Assembly: GCF_001194135.2 (NCBI RefSeq)
Contig: NC_068987.1
Coordinates: 108,560,519-108,613,135, forward strand
From: Octopus bimaculoides
Taxonomy: Eukaryota
DNA length: 52,617 nt
Direction of reading: 5' to 3'
The notes beneath the pieces were generated by a model. The model did not search any database. It saw only the letters and a list, made by a program, of their open reading frames with translations, and was not told the DNA's origin. Position 1 is the first letter of the stretch. Every line of letters starts with the position of its first letter. Both the position numbers and the translations under genes were made by a program. Below, piece after piece: positions 38,000-51,061 of the stretch.

Positions 38000-39158
38000 G
38001 ATTTGGAAGCTTCTCGGAAGGAAATTCTGTGGTAGACCCACTGTGCGTTAGCTTGGGCAAACATCTTGTAATACAGCGCAGCGACGATCAATGCATTCTG
38101 TGTGAATTAGATGTAAGAAAACTCTCTGGAAGTCCGTCGTATACACACACACACACACACGTACGCGCACACACACACATACACGTACGCACACACGCAC
38201 AAGGCGTGGGTGTGTGGTGAGAAGCTTGCTTACCAACCACATGGTTCCGGGTTCAGTACCATTGCGTGACACCTTCTACTGTAAGCCTCTGGCCGACCAA
38301 AGCTTTGTGAGTGGATTTGGTGAATGGAAACTGAAAGAAGACCGTTGTGCGTGTGTGTGTGTGTGGGGGGGGGTGCGCGCCTCATCACCACTTGACAGCC
38401 GGTGTTGGTGTGTTTACGTCCCCGTAACTTAACGGTTCGGCAGAAGAGACCGACAGAATAGTACTACGTTTGAAAAACAAGTCCTAGAGTCGATTTATTT
38501 GACTAAAAACCCTCCAAGACGGTACTCCGGCACGGTCACAGTCCACTAACTGAAACACGCAAACGAATGAACGAATACATTATTTTGTATTATATATTTA
38601 GTGGCACCTTTGGCAAGTGTCTTCTACTATAGCCTCGGGCTGACCAAAGCATTGTGAGTGGATTTGGTAGACGGGAAACTGAAAGAAGCCCATTCATATA
38701 TATGTATGTGTGCGCGTGCGTTTGAGAGTGTTTTGTGTCTATGTTTGCATACCCGTAACTTAACTGTTTGGAAAAAGAGACTGGTAGAATGAGAACCAAG
38801 CTTTCAAAAAAAATAAATACAAAGGTGGATGCACTCCACTAAAAATTTTTGAAGGTGTTGCCCCAGCATGGCTGCAGTGTAATGACTGCCACATGTAAGA
38901 GATAGAAAGACGAAAAATGTATATATATGTACATAGATGTCTCTTTCTGTTTGTGTCTCTCCTCCACCGTTTGACAACCGGTGGTATTTGATTACGTTCC
39001 TCGGCGATTCGGCAGAAGTTACAGAATATGTACCAAACAATATAAAATAAAAACAGGAAGTACTAGCGATCGATTTGTTCACCAAAACTCTTCAAGGTGG
39101 TACCCTTGCATGGCCACAGTCCAAAGACTGAAGCAAAGAATAGACAAAAAGTAAAAGA
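38000..39158 (+). mobile_element. Cluster of four SINE family A copies or fragments in the same orientation
   Basis: Approximate spans 38000-38140, 38196-38575, 38600-38910 and 38940-39158; each carries A-family motifs. Confidence 0.8.
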
Positions 39159-39495
39159 CATAACTAAGTCCAGAACATCTCTCAGACCGTACAATCGGCT
39201 TTCTGAGATTGAATACTTTTGATTATCCTAAGAATCCAGGATTCGAGTTGAACTCGAACTTTCTCCTTAAGATGTAATAACTAAGTCAATATATTCAAAT
39301 AACATAATCTCAACCGAAAAATGCTTTCAAGTAAATTGAAAATATAAGCAAGTTCCTTCCTACAACATGTATCTTAAAATTACGTATCTTTTGAAAATGT
39401 GGCTGCGTCTTATATCAATTGTTTTTCTTAAGTAAATTTCAAACAAATTTCAGTTGTTTTCATGCATCTGTCATGCTTATATGCATATACATATA

Positions 39496-39543
<48 letters not shown>

Positions 39544-39680
39544 TTATCTACGTATGTAGATACGAATAGAACATGCATCAGAAGTAAAAATAAATGCCGG
39601 GCGATGTGCTCAAATTCAATCTTCAAAGCGATCTCCCCTTCATGGCCGAGGCATGGACGCAGTTGTATGACTGAAAGAAG

Positions 39681-39716
<36 letters not shown>

Positions 39717-40871
39717 ACACACACACACTCAGATGCATGCATATGTGATGTGTGCTCCAGCATGGCTGCAATCATATGGCTGTGTCACGGGGTTTATTTT
39801 GCTGTTAGGCCTATGCTGCAATGGTGGTGTTTAGTTCGCGAAGGAAAATATGTTTCTTGGCTACGTGAATAAGTAACTGAACAACACCCGGAGACATTTA
39901 ACATCAGGATTTGCTGTCGCATATAAAAGCAATCTGCGTTGACCTTCTACAATCAACAACAATGATAATTACAGACTTGGAGAGAGTATCTCTCTCAGAT
40001 TACAGATAACAATTGGTACGGCAACATATGGTTTTCCTAGTATATCTGAAGTTATTTACGCTATCTTCATGGCGATGGAGTTTCTTGGTCATCTATCCTA
40101 GGCCATCTGTCTGGGACATCTGTTTAAGCCGTCTGCATGGAGACACATGTAGTTGAGCTGCCTCAACATTCTGCAAAGCGTGTAGGTGCGAAAGTGGCTG
40201 TTTGTTAGGGTACAAGAAAGTTCTAAAAGATTGAATTATGCTACGGTTTGATGCTGATTGTTTGATTAATAGATCGATCACGTGAAACTATTGTGGTTCA
40301 TTCGGGATGTCTGCCCATGTAACTTGTGATTCAGAGAAGCAACGCGAGCCAGGTAGTAATAAATTACGAAACCAGTGACGTATTCTCTACCACTATCTCA
40401 CTTATTAAGGAATTTCCTCCATCAGCCTATTCAGGTGGAAGTTTTGCGTTTCTGCTTGCAACCAATTTCATCCGAATTTCTGGACCGAACCAAAGCGTTC
40501 AACCTGATTGTTGGTCCTGGTAGCATATATATTCTTTTCTTCTTTTATATGCTTCAACCCTGAGGCTGTGAACTTGCTGTATGTATAAGTGCATATAATG
40601 TGTATGTCTGTGTTCGAATTTCTTTGGATATGTTTGTATGTACAGCTGTGACCAAAAGTTTGAAACGTAGGTCTGAAAATTAGAATTTTCATATTAGATG
40701 CCCAAAGTTATATTTGAATCGAACTGTACTTGGACATAACAACGTAGTTTTTATTTTTAAATGTTCCAAACTTTTGGCCACGAATGTATATTTATGTCTT
40801 TCCTCGTAGCCAATCGGTAAGTCATGTTCGTTTATATATCTAATCGTCTATTTTTAATGCTAATATTCTTT

Positions 40872-41080
40872 TTTATCTAGGGACAAGGCCTGAAATTTGG
40901 GGGAGGGTCTCTAGTCAGTTATATCGATTCCCTTGTGCAACTAGTACGTATTCTACCGACCTTAAAAGGATAAATGGCAAAGTTGAGCTCGGTGGAATTC
41001 GAACTCAGAATGTAAAGAGCCGTAAGAAATACCGCTAAGCGTTTCTCCTGACGTGCTAACGATTCTACTAATCCGCCGCT
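40872..41080 (-). mobile_element. SINE family B
   Basis: GGCCTGAAATTTGGGGGAGGG tail and GGAATTCGAACTCAGAA B-box. Confidence 0.85.
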
Positions 41081-41585
41081 CTTTATATGGCATAAATACA
41101 ATATATTGCATCAATGATGGAGCCAATACGTCATAAATGGGAAAGTTGTTAACAATCAGAGACGAAGTACATAAGAATATGTGCCGAGAAATATAATTAA
41201 TGTTTAATTTTACGAATTCATAATTACGCACGCGATCGCATCAAGCAACTTTAATTAAAACGTTAAAATGCATTAATTAAGCACATAGTTGTAATGATTT
41301 AAATACCGAAATACCAAAGCCGTTACAGAGTCGAATATTTGAAATATAATTCTTACCTAAGCATCTTAATTCGAATGGAGTTGGTTCTACTTTGCTTTGG
41401 AAATCTCGGTGATGTTATATAGGATTAATGTTTTTACAATTCTTTGTTCGTTTGCAAAATAATAAAGTCTAAATCACAGCTTCTCGGCTAAATTTAGAGT
41501 TGAGAAAATTCGTTCGCATTGATAACTATAAAGCAATTTTTAGTGGATGATTCCACCAAAGTAGTTTTTTTTTTTCAGTATCAGA

Positions 41586-41995
41586 GATACAGATAACGCT
41601 GTATGGTTTAGATGTTCACTTTGCAACCAGGTATTTTCGGGTTCAGTCCCACTGCGTGGATCCTTGAAAAAGTGTCTTCTTCTATAGCCCCTGATCGACC
41701 AGTACTTCGTGAATGAATTTGAAAAACGAAAGCTTTGTGGGAGCCCGTTTTGTATACACATGTATATCTATTTATGTATATCTATGTTTTCGTGTCTCTG
41801 TTTGTCCCCACACAGCTTGATAAAATGTTTTTTTGTTTACGTTCCCGTAACTTACCGTTTGAAAGAAATGTATAGAATTAGTAGTACCGGACCTTTAAAA
41901 AAAAGTACTAAGATCTATCATGTCCACTGAAACCCTCCAACGCGGAACTCCAGCATGGCCGCAGTCCAATAACTAAAATAAAATGTAAAAGATAA
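41586..41995 (+). mobile_element. SINE family A
   Basis: GGGTTCAGTCCCACTGCGTGG head and CTCCAGCATGGCCGCAGTC tail. Confidence 0.85.
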
Positions 41996-42200
41996 ATTCC
42001 TTAACAGATTCTAGTTGTAGTTCTACGAATGTAATTTTTTTGTTTTGTTTATTTTATTTACAGTTGTGCCGTAAACTAGAGAAGAAGAAATTCAGAGCTC
42101 CTGATAATGGCCGAAAGGCGAAGAAATAAACTGATTCAACTTTTGTAATTGTAAATTCCTTTATGAAGTTAATGATATCCACCAAGTATTCCAAACCACG

Positions 42201-42435
42201 TAACCAACAAGGGAGCCTCCATGTAGTCATCAAGCATGCTAGAAATATCAGCTAAACATACCTCAAGTCACATTTTACGGTCTGAGAAATGGAAAGATCA
42301 CATTGAATAATATGGTCATAGACACAACGTCTGGAATAAAAGATAAATTGGTTCTAGCTGGAATTTCCTTTGATCATAAGTTTGTTCGATCAAGACTGAC
42401 TAAGCTTAAACAACAACAACAACAACAACAGCAAC
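42201..42435 (+). mobile_element. Unclassified interspersed repeat D ending in (AAC)n
   Basis: CCAACAAGGGAGCCTC..GCTAGAAATATCAGCTAAAC..TTTGATCATA..(AAC)n. Homologous to 46289-46520 and more weakly to 4785-4880, 18030-18110 (-), 46895-47010 (-) and 47120-47330 (-). Confidence 0.7.
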
Positions 42436-42968
42436 CACTTTTGGTTTCCGAATTTCGAAACGGGAATGCCTTTAATATCTACGAGGAGATTCCTTTCATC
42501 TTTTACTTCACAGGAGCCCTCGACCAGTGAACAGCACAATAGTATAATAAATTACCGCATTCTACTTCAAGGTAACTTTAAAATTTCTATAAATCTCTAT
42601 TGCTCGATAACTTCATTTTGTGCGGAATAAATACTTTTCCACGCCACTTTCATCAAATTGCTCATTCGCAGATACAGCACACAACCGTTTTGTTAAAGTA
42701 TTTGTATTCTTTTGTGGGTTTAGGTTTGTTGGTTCTTCCTGAATTTAAAGCGATAAGTTCTTTCCGAATTTCTATAATGTGTATTTATTGTTTCGTCTTG
42801 TTTCGTTTTGTTTTGTTTTTCTTTTATGCTGAGTAAAATCGAAATCTCTTTCGTTGACCTGACCTCAGAAAAAAATCTCTTTACCCACCTCCCTCAGTAG
42901 CACTGTGCAGAAACGTGTACATGAGTAAATCTCGTATCCTAAGTGCAACTATAACTAAATATGCTGCA

Positions 42969-44100
42969 TACGAGGAGGTACCCAAAAGTAACCGGAAACA
43001 TTCTCTGTGTGACAAACCCGTCATAGTTCAGCCTTCCACCATTAGAAGTCACTTGATGCGACCGTCAGGCAGCAGTATGCCGACTGACGTTGTTGAGTGT
43101 TGTTCTGCCACATGATGCGTATCTATTTTGCAGTGCTTCTCCCCTGTTCATCGATTGTAGCGATGTTTGAAACGAAGGAACTGCGTGCTTCCATGAAATC
43201 CTGTTTTCTGCAGGGGAAAACGGCGGCTGAAACAATTGTCATGATTCAAATAACTTACGAAGTACGCTGCCATGAACAAAACACAAGTTTACGAGTAGTT
43301 CTCATGCTTTACGAATGGTCACTTGTCGCATGAAGACCTACCTCGTTCAAGACGATCGTCGACCTCCTGAACGATTGAAAAACATCATGGAAATCCATGA
43401 ACTGATCTTGGAGAACCGTCACCGAACAATTGACGAACTTGAAGTTGTTGTATGCAGTCAACTTAATGTGACAGTCCCCTGAAAGGAATAATACTACAGT
43501 TGGTTAGACCTAGGAAGCGGTACAGGTTCCTAGGTTTAACCAACGGTAGTATTATTGCTTTCAGGGGACTGTCACATTAAGTTGACAGCATACAACTACT
43601 TCATCGTATCACTACTGCATAAATCTCTCTGGGAGATTTAAGAAGGTGTTATTTCTAAAATGGATGAACTTGTTGATATAGCTGGTGTCTCTTGGAGCAA
43701 GGAATTTTGAGCAAGGAATTGCGGATGAAAATAATTGCAACAAAATTTGTGCCTCGCGGAAAATCAAAAGTAGTCACGACTGAATGCGTGTCGTGAAATG
43801 AAAGAACAGTCGGAAGCTGATCCGGACTGGACCTTATTTTTTGAATGTCATCACTGGTGACGAAAGCTAGTGATATAGAATGTGCAGGCGTGGAAATGGT
43901 GAAGAGAAAAATGACTAACGCGTTAAAAGGCATCAGTTCGCAAGAGTTCCAACACAACTTCGAAGCGTGCGAAATGCGTCTGTACCGATGCATTGATTCA
44001 AATGGAGAATTCTTTGAAGGCGATAAAAACGTAAACATGTAAAACTAAGTGGATAAAATAATATTGAAATATTCCGGTTTCTTTTGGGTACTCCCTCGTA
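42969..44100 (+). mobile_element. Mariner deletion derivative with TIRs and TA ends
   Basis: TIRs TACGAGGAGGTACCCAAAAGTAACCGGAA and TTCCGGTTTCTTTTGGGTACTCCCTCGTA. Peptides: ELRASMKSCFLQGKTAAET, TIDEL/VDIAGVSWS (split by the insertion), NVITGDES, RCIDSNGEFFEGD. The catalytic core is deleted. Confidence 0.92.
43441..43658. mobile_element. Internally deleted copy of the foldback element, inserted in a mariner relic
   Basis: 162-bp palindrome 43441-43602 (76-bp arms, 10-bp spacer) plus tail 43603-43658, homologous to the reverse complement of 15888-15945. Flanked by AATTGACGAACTT (43428-43440) and AATGGATGAACTT (43659-43671). Confidence 0.85.
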
Positions 44101-44374
44101 TGCTATATTTGTTAACTTATTTTACAAATGTAGAATAAAGCAAAATTCTTTGACACTGCTTGATATTTTACTGTATACTTTGAAAATGGCAACCATAAAT
44201 CTTTATATTTTGACACTGGTATTATATATTGATATTGTTAATTACGTCTTTTATAGATTCATAAGCAACTGTCCTCTTCAATATACTAATATTCCTACAT
44301 GTATTCCGAAGCACTGCATTATGTATTATTGCAAAGCGCTTCTGAACTATTATATTCTTATATTCTTTTATTCT

Positions 44375-44722
44375 TTTATCCTTTAGCTTGCTTCAGTCGA
44401 ATGAGAGAAACGAGTAAAAGAATATAAGATTTATTCAACTAACCACTTGAAGGGAAAGTCCAACAAATCGACCGCAGTAATTACATTTTTTTCTTCAAAT
44501 TGATACTAATTCTATTAGTTTCTTTTTGCCGAACCGCTATATAAGTGGGACGTAAACAGATAAACATTGGTAGTCAAGTGGCAGAGGGAGACAAACACAA
44601 AGACGCGCGCGTGCGGGCACTCAGAAACTCTCAAACACAAAAACACTTACACACTCAATCACAAACACATAAGCACGCATACACACACATAAACACAGAC
44701 GCACTCAAACACAAACGCATAC

Positions 44723-44767
<45 letters not shown>

Positions 44768-44915
44768 GCATGCGACAGGCTTCCACACAGTTTCAGCCAA
44801 CAAATTCCCTGACAAGGCATTAATCGTCCTGTAGTAGGAGACAGGTGTCCATAGTATCTAGCCGTATGCGTGAACCCGGAAGTAGACGGCAGCAATGCGA
44901 ATGCTCACAATCAAT
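44375..44915 (-). mobile_element. SINE family A, old diverged copy
   Basis: AACAAATCGACC, GCCGAACCGCT and GAGACAAACAC motifs with a degenerate head. Confidence 0.7.
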
Positions 44916-45341
44916 CTACCATATTCTCAATTCAAATTTAGTACAACAGCAACTTTGCAACTTTTCAAATTCACCTTCGATATGAGATTTCATTTCCTTT
45001 GCAATTAGTTAAAATACTTAATAACTCGCTTGTTTTAGTGAAGCATTTTCATTAATAGCTCTTTTGAAAGTTGATCATTGTTTACATAAAGCTTATTGTA
45101 AAAATGCTATCTTGATTAAACGCAAGGCCATTTTAGTTTCTTCTTATTCTTTATATTTGGTGAAACGGTAGCATTCACGATTATAATGTTTATAAACTAT
45201 ATTCGAATCATTACAAGTAAGATGCACATTTTCTATTCCCATGATTTTACTGTAAAAAAAATTAAAAAAATAAAAAGTTGTGTATTTACTGCCAAAAAGA
45301 GCTTTCGTTGACAACTTTTTTCATTAGTACAAACCATTTCA

Positions 45342-45560
45342 AGCGGCGAGTAAGTAGAAACGTTAGCATGTCGGACAAAATACTTAGCAGCATTACTTCC
45401 GGCCGCTTACATACTAAGTCCAAGTTCCATCGAGGTCAAACTTGCTTTTCATTCTCTCAGGATCGATAAAATCAGTACCAGTGGAGCACTGTGGTTGATG
45501 TAGTCGACTTAACCCACCCCTCAAAATTACTGGTCTTTTATCGAAATTAAAAGGAATTAA
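45342..45560 (+). mobile_element. SINE family B, diverged
   Basis: GCGGCGAG..AGAAACGTTAGCA head and GGATCGATAAAATCAGTACCAG. Confidence 0.75.
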
Positions 45561-46288
45561 GCCAAACCACCGCTGAATGGTGACTTCATGTACACCGCAG
45601 TATTGATATATTTTTACGTAGAACAACCAATTGTATAGTAAATGTCGCCAAGTATTCTTTATTATGATACAGGCTACTATCACTCGTGACTGAATATCAC
45701 CTGGAAAGTTTTACTACGTTTTTGTTGCTTTAGATGCGAATGTAGTCGCGAGCAAACGTAGACACTTCCGGCCACTCAACTTGACCTCGTGGAACATCGA
45801 GGATGTCACATTTCGTGGGAGAATGGACTACACTCGCACCGGGTTGATACATGTTGAATTTTGGAACTATGTATAACAAAATTTCTTGTCCAAGAACAAA
45901 CACACACACACACCAACTAGTTCAAAGAATGAAACGATTTTCTAATAACCAAGAGTTGAATATCGTAACCACTAAACCACGCATCTTTGCATTCCAAATC
46001 TTTTTACTTCTGATGACGCTTTTGTGTTGTTTTTGTTGTAGCTATTGTATTTTCTGCAATATAGCGTAGCTCGAGGCTACCTATAGTCCAGCAAACGTAT
46101 GGCATATAGATTTGGCCAAGTAGCATGTAGGTGCGAATTGGAGTTCATATTTTTCCACATTTACCATGGCCCTCCAAAGAATAATTATATTATATCAGGA
46201 AGTTAATCAATTAATTGTATATCCACCTCTATATCAATTATTTCCATAAACATATCACTTACCGACTGAAATTGCAAAGTTTCTTGTG

Positions 46289-46520
46289 AACCAACGAGGG
46301 AATCTCTACAAGATCGCTACTCGATCCTAGAAAAAGCAAATAACCTTTTCCAAAACTCTCACTCTAATCACACTTTACTCGCAACCTTAAAAGTGGGAAA
46401 GACATATTTGATGATGCATCTAAGAGCATAAATGTGGCGGGTCACGGTCAGAAGGCCTATGATCCTAGATCTAAATCAAGGCTCATCCAGGAGGTAAGTA
46501 ACAACAACAATAACAACAAC
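46289..46520 (+). mobile_element. Unclassified interspersed repeat D ending in (AAC)n
   Basis: AACCAACGAGGGAATCTC..CTAGAAAAAGCAAA..(AAC)n; colinear with 42201-42435. Confidence 0.65.
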
Positions 46521-47631
46521 CAAAACCACGTATGAACGTTTCATTTGGTGTTTTCATTGGATAATATTTGGAAATTGTGTTACGCACTCGTTGCTAGATG
46601 AAATATCTAAATGTTGTAGAAAGTACGAAGTGGAATAATTAATTCTGAGCAATATTAATCAATTTCATCAACTGATGCCTGCTCAGGAGCAAAGTCTGAT
46701 TGATAGTCAATTATTTCGAAATAATTTTGCTCGAGTTTAATCAATTTAGAAAAAATTAAATCAACTTCAATTCAGCACTGCAATCTAGCGTAAAAACTCA
46801 TTGGTAATATTGTTGTCGTAGTAGTAGTAGTAGCAGTAGTGGCAGTAGTAGCAGTAGTAGAGTAGTCGACTCGTTGTCGTCGTAGTCATTCTTGTTAAAC
46901 CTCAGCTTTTTCCTGATCAAGTAAACCTTTAATCAAAGACTTTGCAGCTGGGATTATCCTGGTTTTGGTTTAGTGTTGTCTTGTTGATTTTATTTCTTTT
47001 TACATCCTATATCTTGAACTACATTTTTCAATATCTCGTTCCTTTTTTAAGGCACCAGAAAGGTTCGGCGACTGCATAAAGAGTCATTTGTTGACTCGTT
47101 GCCGATGCTGTTGATGCTTGTTTTTGTTGAGTAAATCTGAGTCGACTCTGATAGAGCGAACTTCTGATGAGTCACAATCTACGTATGACTATTCAATGAC
47201 TTTTCAAAGTACATTCCGGAATACATTGTCAAATACGTGTTCTTTTTTAAAGCTGCAATGGTGTGTTTAGAAGTAAATCCGGCTGATATTTCTATCACCT
47301 GAAGACGGATCGCAAAGAGGCTGCGATAGTAATGTTATTTGTCCCTTGGTCAGCCATAATCACACAAATGTATGATCGATGGTCTGTTGTCTTAATTTGT
47401 TTTGTCAGATCTATTGCATCTACGACCGTGTAATACAATGTGTCCGTCATATGTTAGGATTGTTGATTAGTCTTTCAGTGGTTACTTATAATTTACTGAT
47501 TTACAAGTCAAAGAGCTATCCCATATGTGGCGGCATGACATGTTAAAAATAACACCGGATCACTCTTAAATCATGCATATCATTAAAATGGAAAGGAGAC
47601 GTAATTTGGAGACAAAGAAGAGCCTTATAAT

Positions 47632-47775
47632 ATCGGCTTCAAATTTTGGCACAAGACCATCAGTATCGGGAGAGGAACTAAATCGGTTAGACTGGCATCA
47701 GTGCTCAAGTGGTACTTCTCTTATCGACCATGAAAGGATGGAAGGCTAAGTCGACCCGGTGGCATTTGACTACAA
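47632..47775 (-). mobile_element. SINE family B fragment
   Basis: TTATCGACCATGAAAGGATGGAAGGCTAAGTCGACC. Confidence 0.7.
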
Positions 47776-47849
47776 CTGAAAACATTATAACTTTAAAACT
47801 GACAGAAATCAAGATTTTGAAGAAGGGACAGCTGAAACCCTCTGGTTCA

Positions 47850-47904
47850 CTCACTGAGTGGATTTCAAAGACGGAAACTGAAAGATGCCCGCCGCATGCG
47901 CGCG

Positions 47905-47951
<47 letters not shown>

Positions 47952-48102
47952 GCATGTTGGTGTGTTTACGTCCCTGGAACTTAGCAGTTCAGCAAAATAT
48001 AATGATAGAGTATGCACCAGGCTTACACAGAATAAGTCCCGGGGTCGGTTTATTTGACTAAAGGTGGTGCTCCAGCAATCAAATGACTGAAACAAGTAGA
48101 AT
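47850..48102 (+). mobile_element. SINE family A 3' two-thirds
   Basis: GAGTGGATTT..GACGGAAACTGAAAG through GGTGGTGCTCCAGCA. Confidence 0.85.
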
Positions 48103-48136
48103 AATATATATATATATATATATATTCTTGAAAATA

Positions 48137-48270
48137 GGCGCAGGCGTGGATGTGTACTAAGTGTTCAGTCCCACTTTGTGGCACTTTGGGCAAGAGTCTT
48201 TTACTATAGCCACCGGCCGACCACAATCTTGTCACTGGATTTGGTTGATGGAAACTGAAAGAAGCCCGTC

Positions 48271-48343
<73 letters not shown>

Positions 48344-48410
48344 TAGATAGATAGATAGATAGACACATATATACATACACACACATAGACACAGACACAC
48401 AAATATATAA
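48137..48410 (+). mobile_element. SINE family A 5' half (a tail fragment follows at 49140-49255)
   Basis: GGCGCAGGCGTGG head and CORE-like segment with (TA)n(TAGA)n. Tail TCTGGGGTCGATTT..ATGACTGAAACAAG at about 49155-49230. Confidence 0.8.
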
Positions 48411-48411
48411 A

Positions 48412-49135
48412 TACACAGGCATAGCTCGGTTGAAGTCGTTTCGATTTAAGTCGTTCTCGGTCATACGTCGGTTTGTTAAAAAATATTATATGGAAAAATC
48501 AAAATCAAATTAATTCATTTTCCTTGACTTTACTTACGTCTGTCCGCCACAAATATTGGAATCGTAAAATCACTAGAAAACCGCTAGAAGCACATGAAAT
48601 CATGTTACTGTACCATAAATAACAATAAAAGCATATTAAATCATATTAAAATACGTATAGTAAATGTTAAGATACTCACCATAAAGTAGTGAAGCTTAGT
48701 GAACGAAATCATTAAATCACGAAAACATCAAATTGTATGTACGTATTGGTAAATTTAAAATAATTTATTTATTTTATTTATTTATTTATTTTTGCTATTG
48801 CGAAATAATAATTACTGAATTTGTTTATTTAGCTTATAAAAGGTTTTTATTTTACCATATCTTATTGCATAAATAAAGTGTCCGCGGTGTACGGTAAACA
48901 CTGCCAAATTGTATTCGTAAATTTATATTACTTTGTTTGTACTGTACTGTATTAAAAATAAATATCTGTTTGTAAGATTAAAATAGCTTTTTATTAACCA
49001 TGTGTTATTGAAAATGCATTCACAAATAAAGTGCAGAACTGGGAATGGTTATTACCGGTTTAGCTTAGAGACAAGTAAAATTGGCTTAGCCTAGCCTCGA
49101 GACAAGTTAATTCGACCTAAGTCGTTTTTCGTACA
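48412..49135. mobile_element. Possible Tigger/pogo-like MITE between the halves of a SINE
   Basis: Starts TACACAGGCATAGCTCGG with repeated AAGTCG motifs, and CGACCTAAGTCG occurs near the right end. It is AT-rich inside, and the right TIR is not clean. Confidence 0.3.
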
Positions 49136-49333
49136 AGGTTTATAAAAAATAAGATCTGGGGTCGATTTCTCCGACTAAAACCCGTTAAGGCGATGCTCCA
49201 ACATGGTCGTAGTCAAATGACTGAAACAAGTAAAAGAATGAAAGAATAAAAGAATATGTATATCTGTATGTGTGTGTGTTTCTTTTAATCATTTACATAT
49301 TTTATCCCTATGGCTGTGGTGTGGTCAAGCTGG

Positions 49334-49371
<38 letters not shown>

Positions 49372-49521
49372 NNNNNNNNNNNNNNNNNNNNNNNNNNNNN
49401 NNNNNNNNNNNNNNNNNNNNNNNNNNNNNNNNNNNNNNNNNNNNNNNNNNNNNNNNNNNNNNNNNNNNNNNNNNNNNNNNNNNNNNNNNNNNNNNNNNNN
49501 NNNNNNNNNNNNNNNNNNNNN

Positions 49522-49574
<53 letters not shown>

Positions 49575-49870
49575 GTTTAGAATAAAAATAGAAGGATTCG
49601 GAATGAGAAGCAACGGAGAAGGGTAAAAGAGAGACAAAGAACCCAGGGAAAGAAATGAAGAGACAGAATAGGTGAGAAGGAATAGGAGAAAGGCAAGTGG
49701 GATTGCAGCATAAGGATACAGGAAGTAGCAACACGGAGAAGGAGGAGAAGGAAGAGTAGGTTCAAGGATAAAGGACTAAGAAGAGCAGAAGGAGGAGGAA
49801 GGGAGAGAAGGAGGAATGGAAGAGGAAGTGGAAGAGGAAGAGGAAGAGGAGGAGGAGGAGGAAGATGATG
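49522..49870. repeat. (GA)n followed by a long polypurine (GAG/GAA) tract
   Basis: Direct inspection. Confidence 0.9.
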
Positions 49871-51061
49871 GAGAATTTGGTTGAGCGGAAGGTGTTGGGA
49901 GAAGAGGAAGGAAACTTAATTAACTCTGATTATTTCCACACCATTAAGACTAGGTTATCAGTAAGCTTAATCAGGACTCCTTAATCAATATGGTGTCGTA
50001 GTAACTGCTGTTGTTGTTGTGGTGGTGGTGGTGGTAGTGGTTGTGATGGTGGTTGTTGTTGTCGTTGCGTACATGCTAATGTTTGTGTTGGTGGTTGTTG
50101 TGCTCGTTGGTCACAACAGCTACAGTGGCTGTGTGAATCTGCTCCGGTTTTTGTTGTTATTGACGACGACGACGAAGACGATCCTGACGATGTTGATGGT
50201 GATGATGGTTGTGGTTGTGGTGGTGGTGGTGGTGAGGTTAATGAAGATCACAGCGATAATAATACAAGCGGTTTTACCCTGTGATTAGACACGCCACGTT
50301 AGTTATGCATGCGCAGCATGTATATATGTATGTAGGCATGAATGTTTGCACGTAGTTGTGTATGTACGTATACATACATACATCCATACATATATACGTA
50401 TATAAATATCTGTATTCAAGAACCTATTTATATATACAGGCATACATACGTATATACATGCATACATACATATACACATGCATACATACATACGTACGTA
50501 CGTACGTACGCACGTGTCGGCATATTAGCCGGTATGTGTAATTATAAACTCGCAGAGAACATCACTGATATTCAGATGGATACACACACACAAACACAAA
50601 ATCATATCAAATGGTTGGCTTTCACGGACATGTATCACGAATGCAGAGATTGCGCATAGGTACCGAAATCGCTGTATGACTAAGAAGTTTACCTGGCAAT
50701 CACACCGTCTTAGATTCGGTCTGACAGCATGATATTTCGACAACTGTCTTGTACTATATAAGTTTGTGGAATTTTTTGCATCGGGTTCGTCTTTTGCAGG
50801 GTTCTTCTAATATTTCACGGTAGGCGACCAGGATTGCCGGTTATGCGAATAAGAATACAAGAGTTAAAGAATACAGTAGATAAGATCCGGGCTGCATATG
50901 TTTCATAGCGAGCGCAGCTTTGGAAGTGGTAAGTATCCAAGCGAGGAGTATACCGCAGGCTACTCGTTTGGCTAAGGATATCTTGATTCATGTGTGTGTA
51001 TGTGTGTGTGTATGTGTGCGTGTATGTGTGTATTTGTGTGTTTGTGTGTACACACATATCA

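Noticed and set aside
40058-40230. Exon-like segment on the minus strand (CCCTAAC..AAACAG acceptor)
   Set aside because: All three frames hit a stop before a plausible donor, and no protein is recognisable.
46709-46726. 18-bp palindrome AATTATTTCGAAATAATT resembling the centre of the 33.4-kb palindrome
   Set aside because: It is short and AT-rich, and the flanks share no homology.
50799-50935. Acceptor TTTTGCAG and donor GTAAGT bracketing about 130 nt
   Set aside because: There are stops in all frames, and repeat D fragments lie nearby. A non-coding exon cannot be excluded without RNA-seq.
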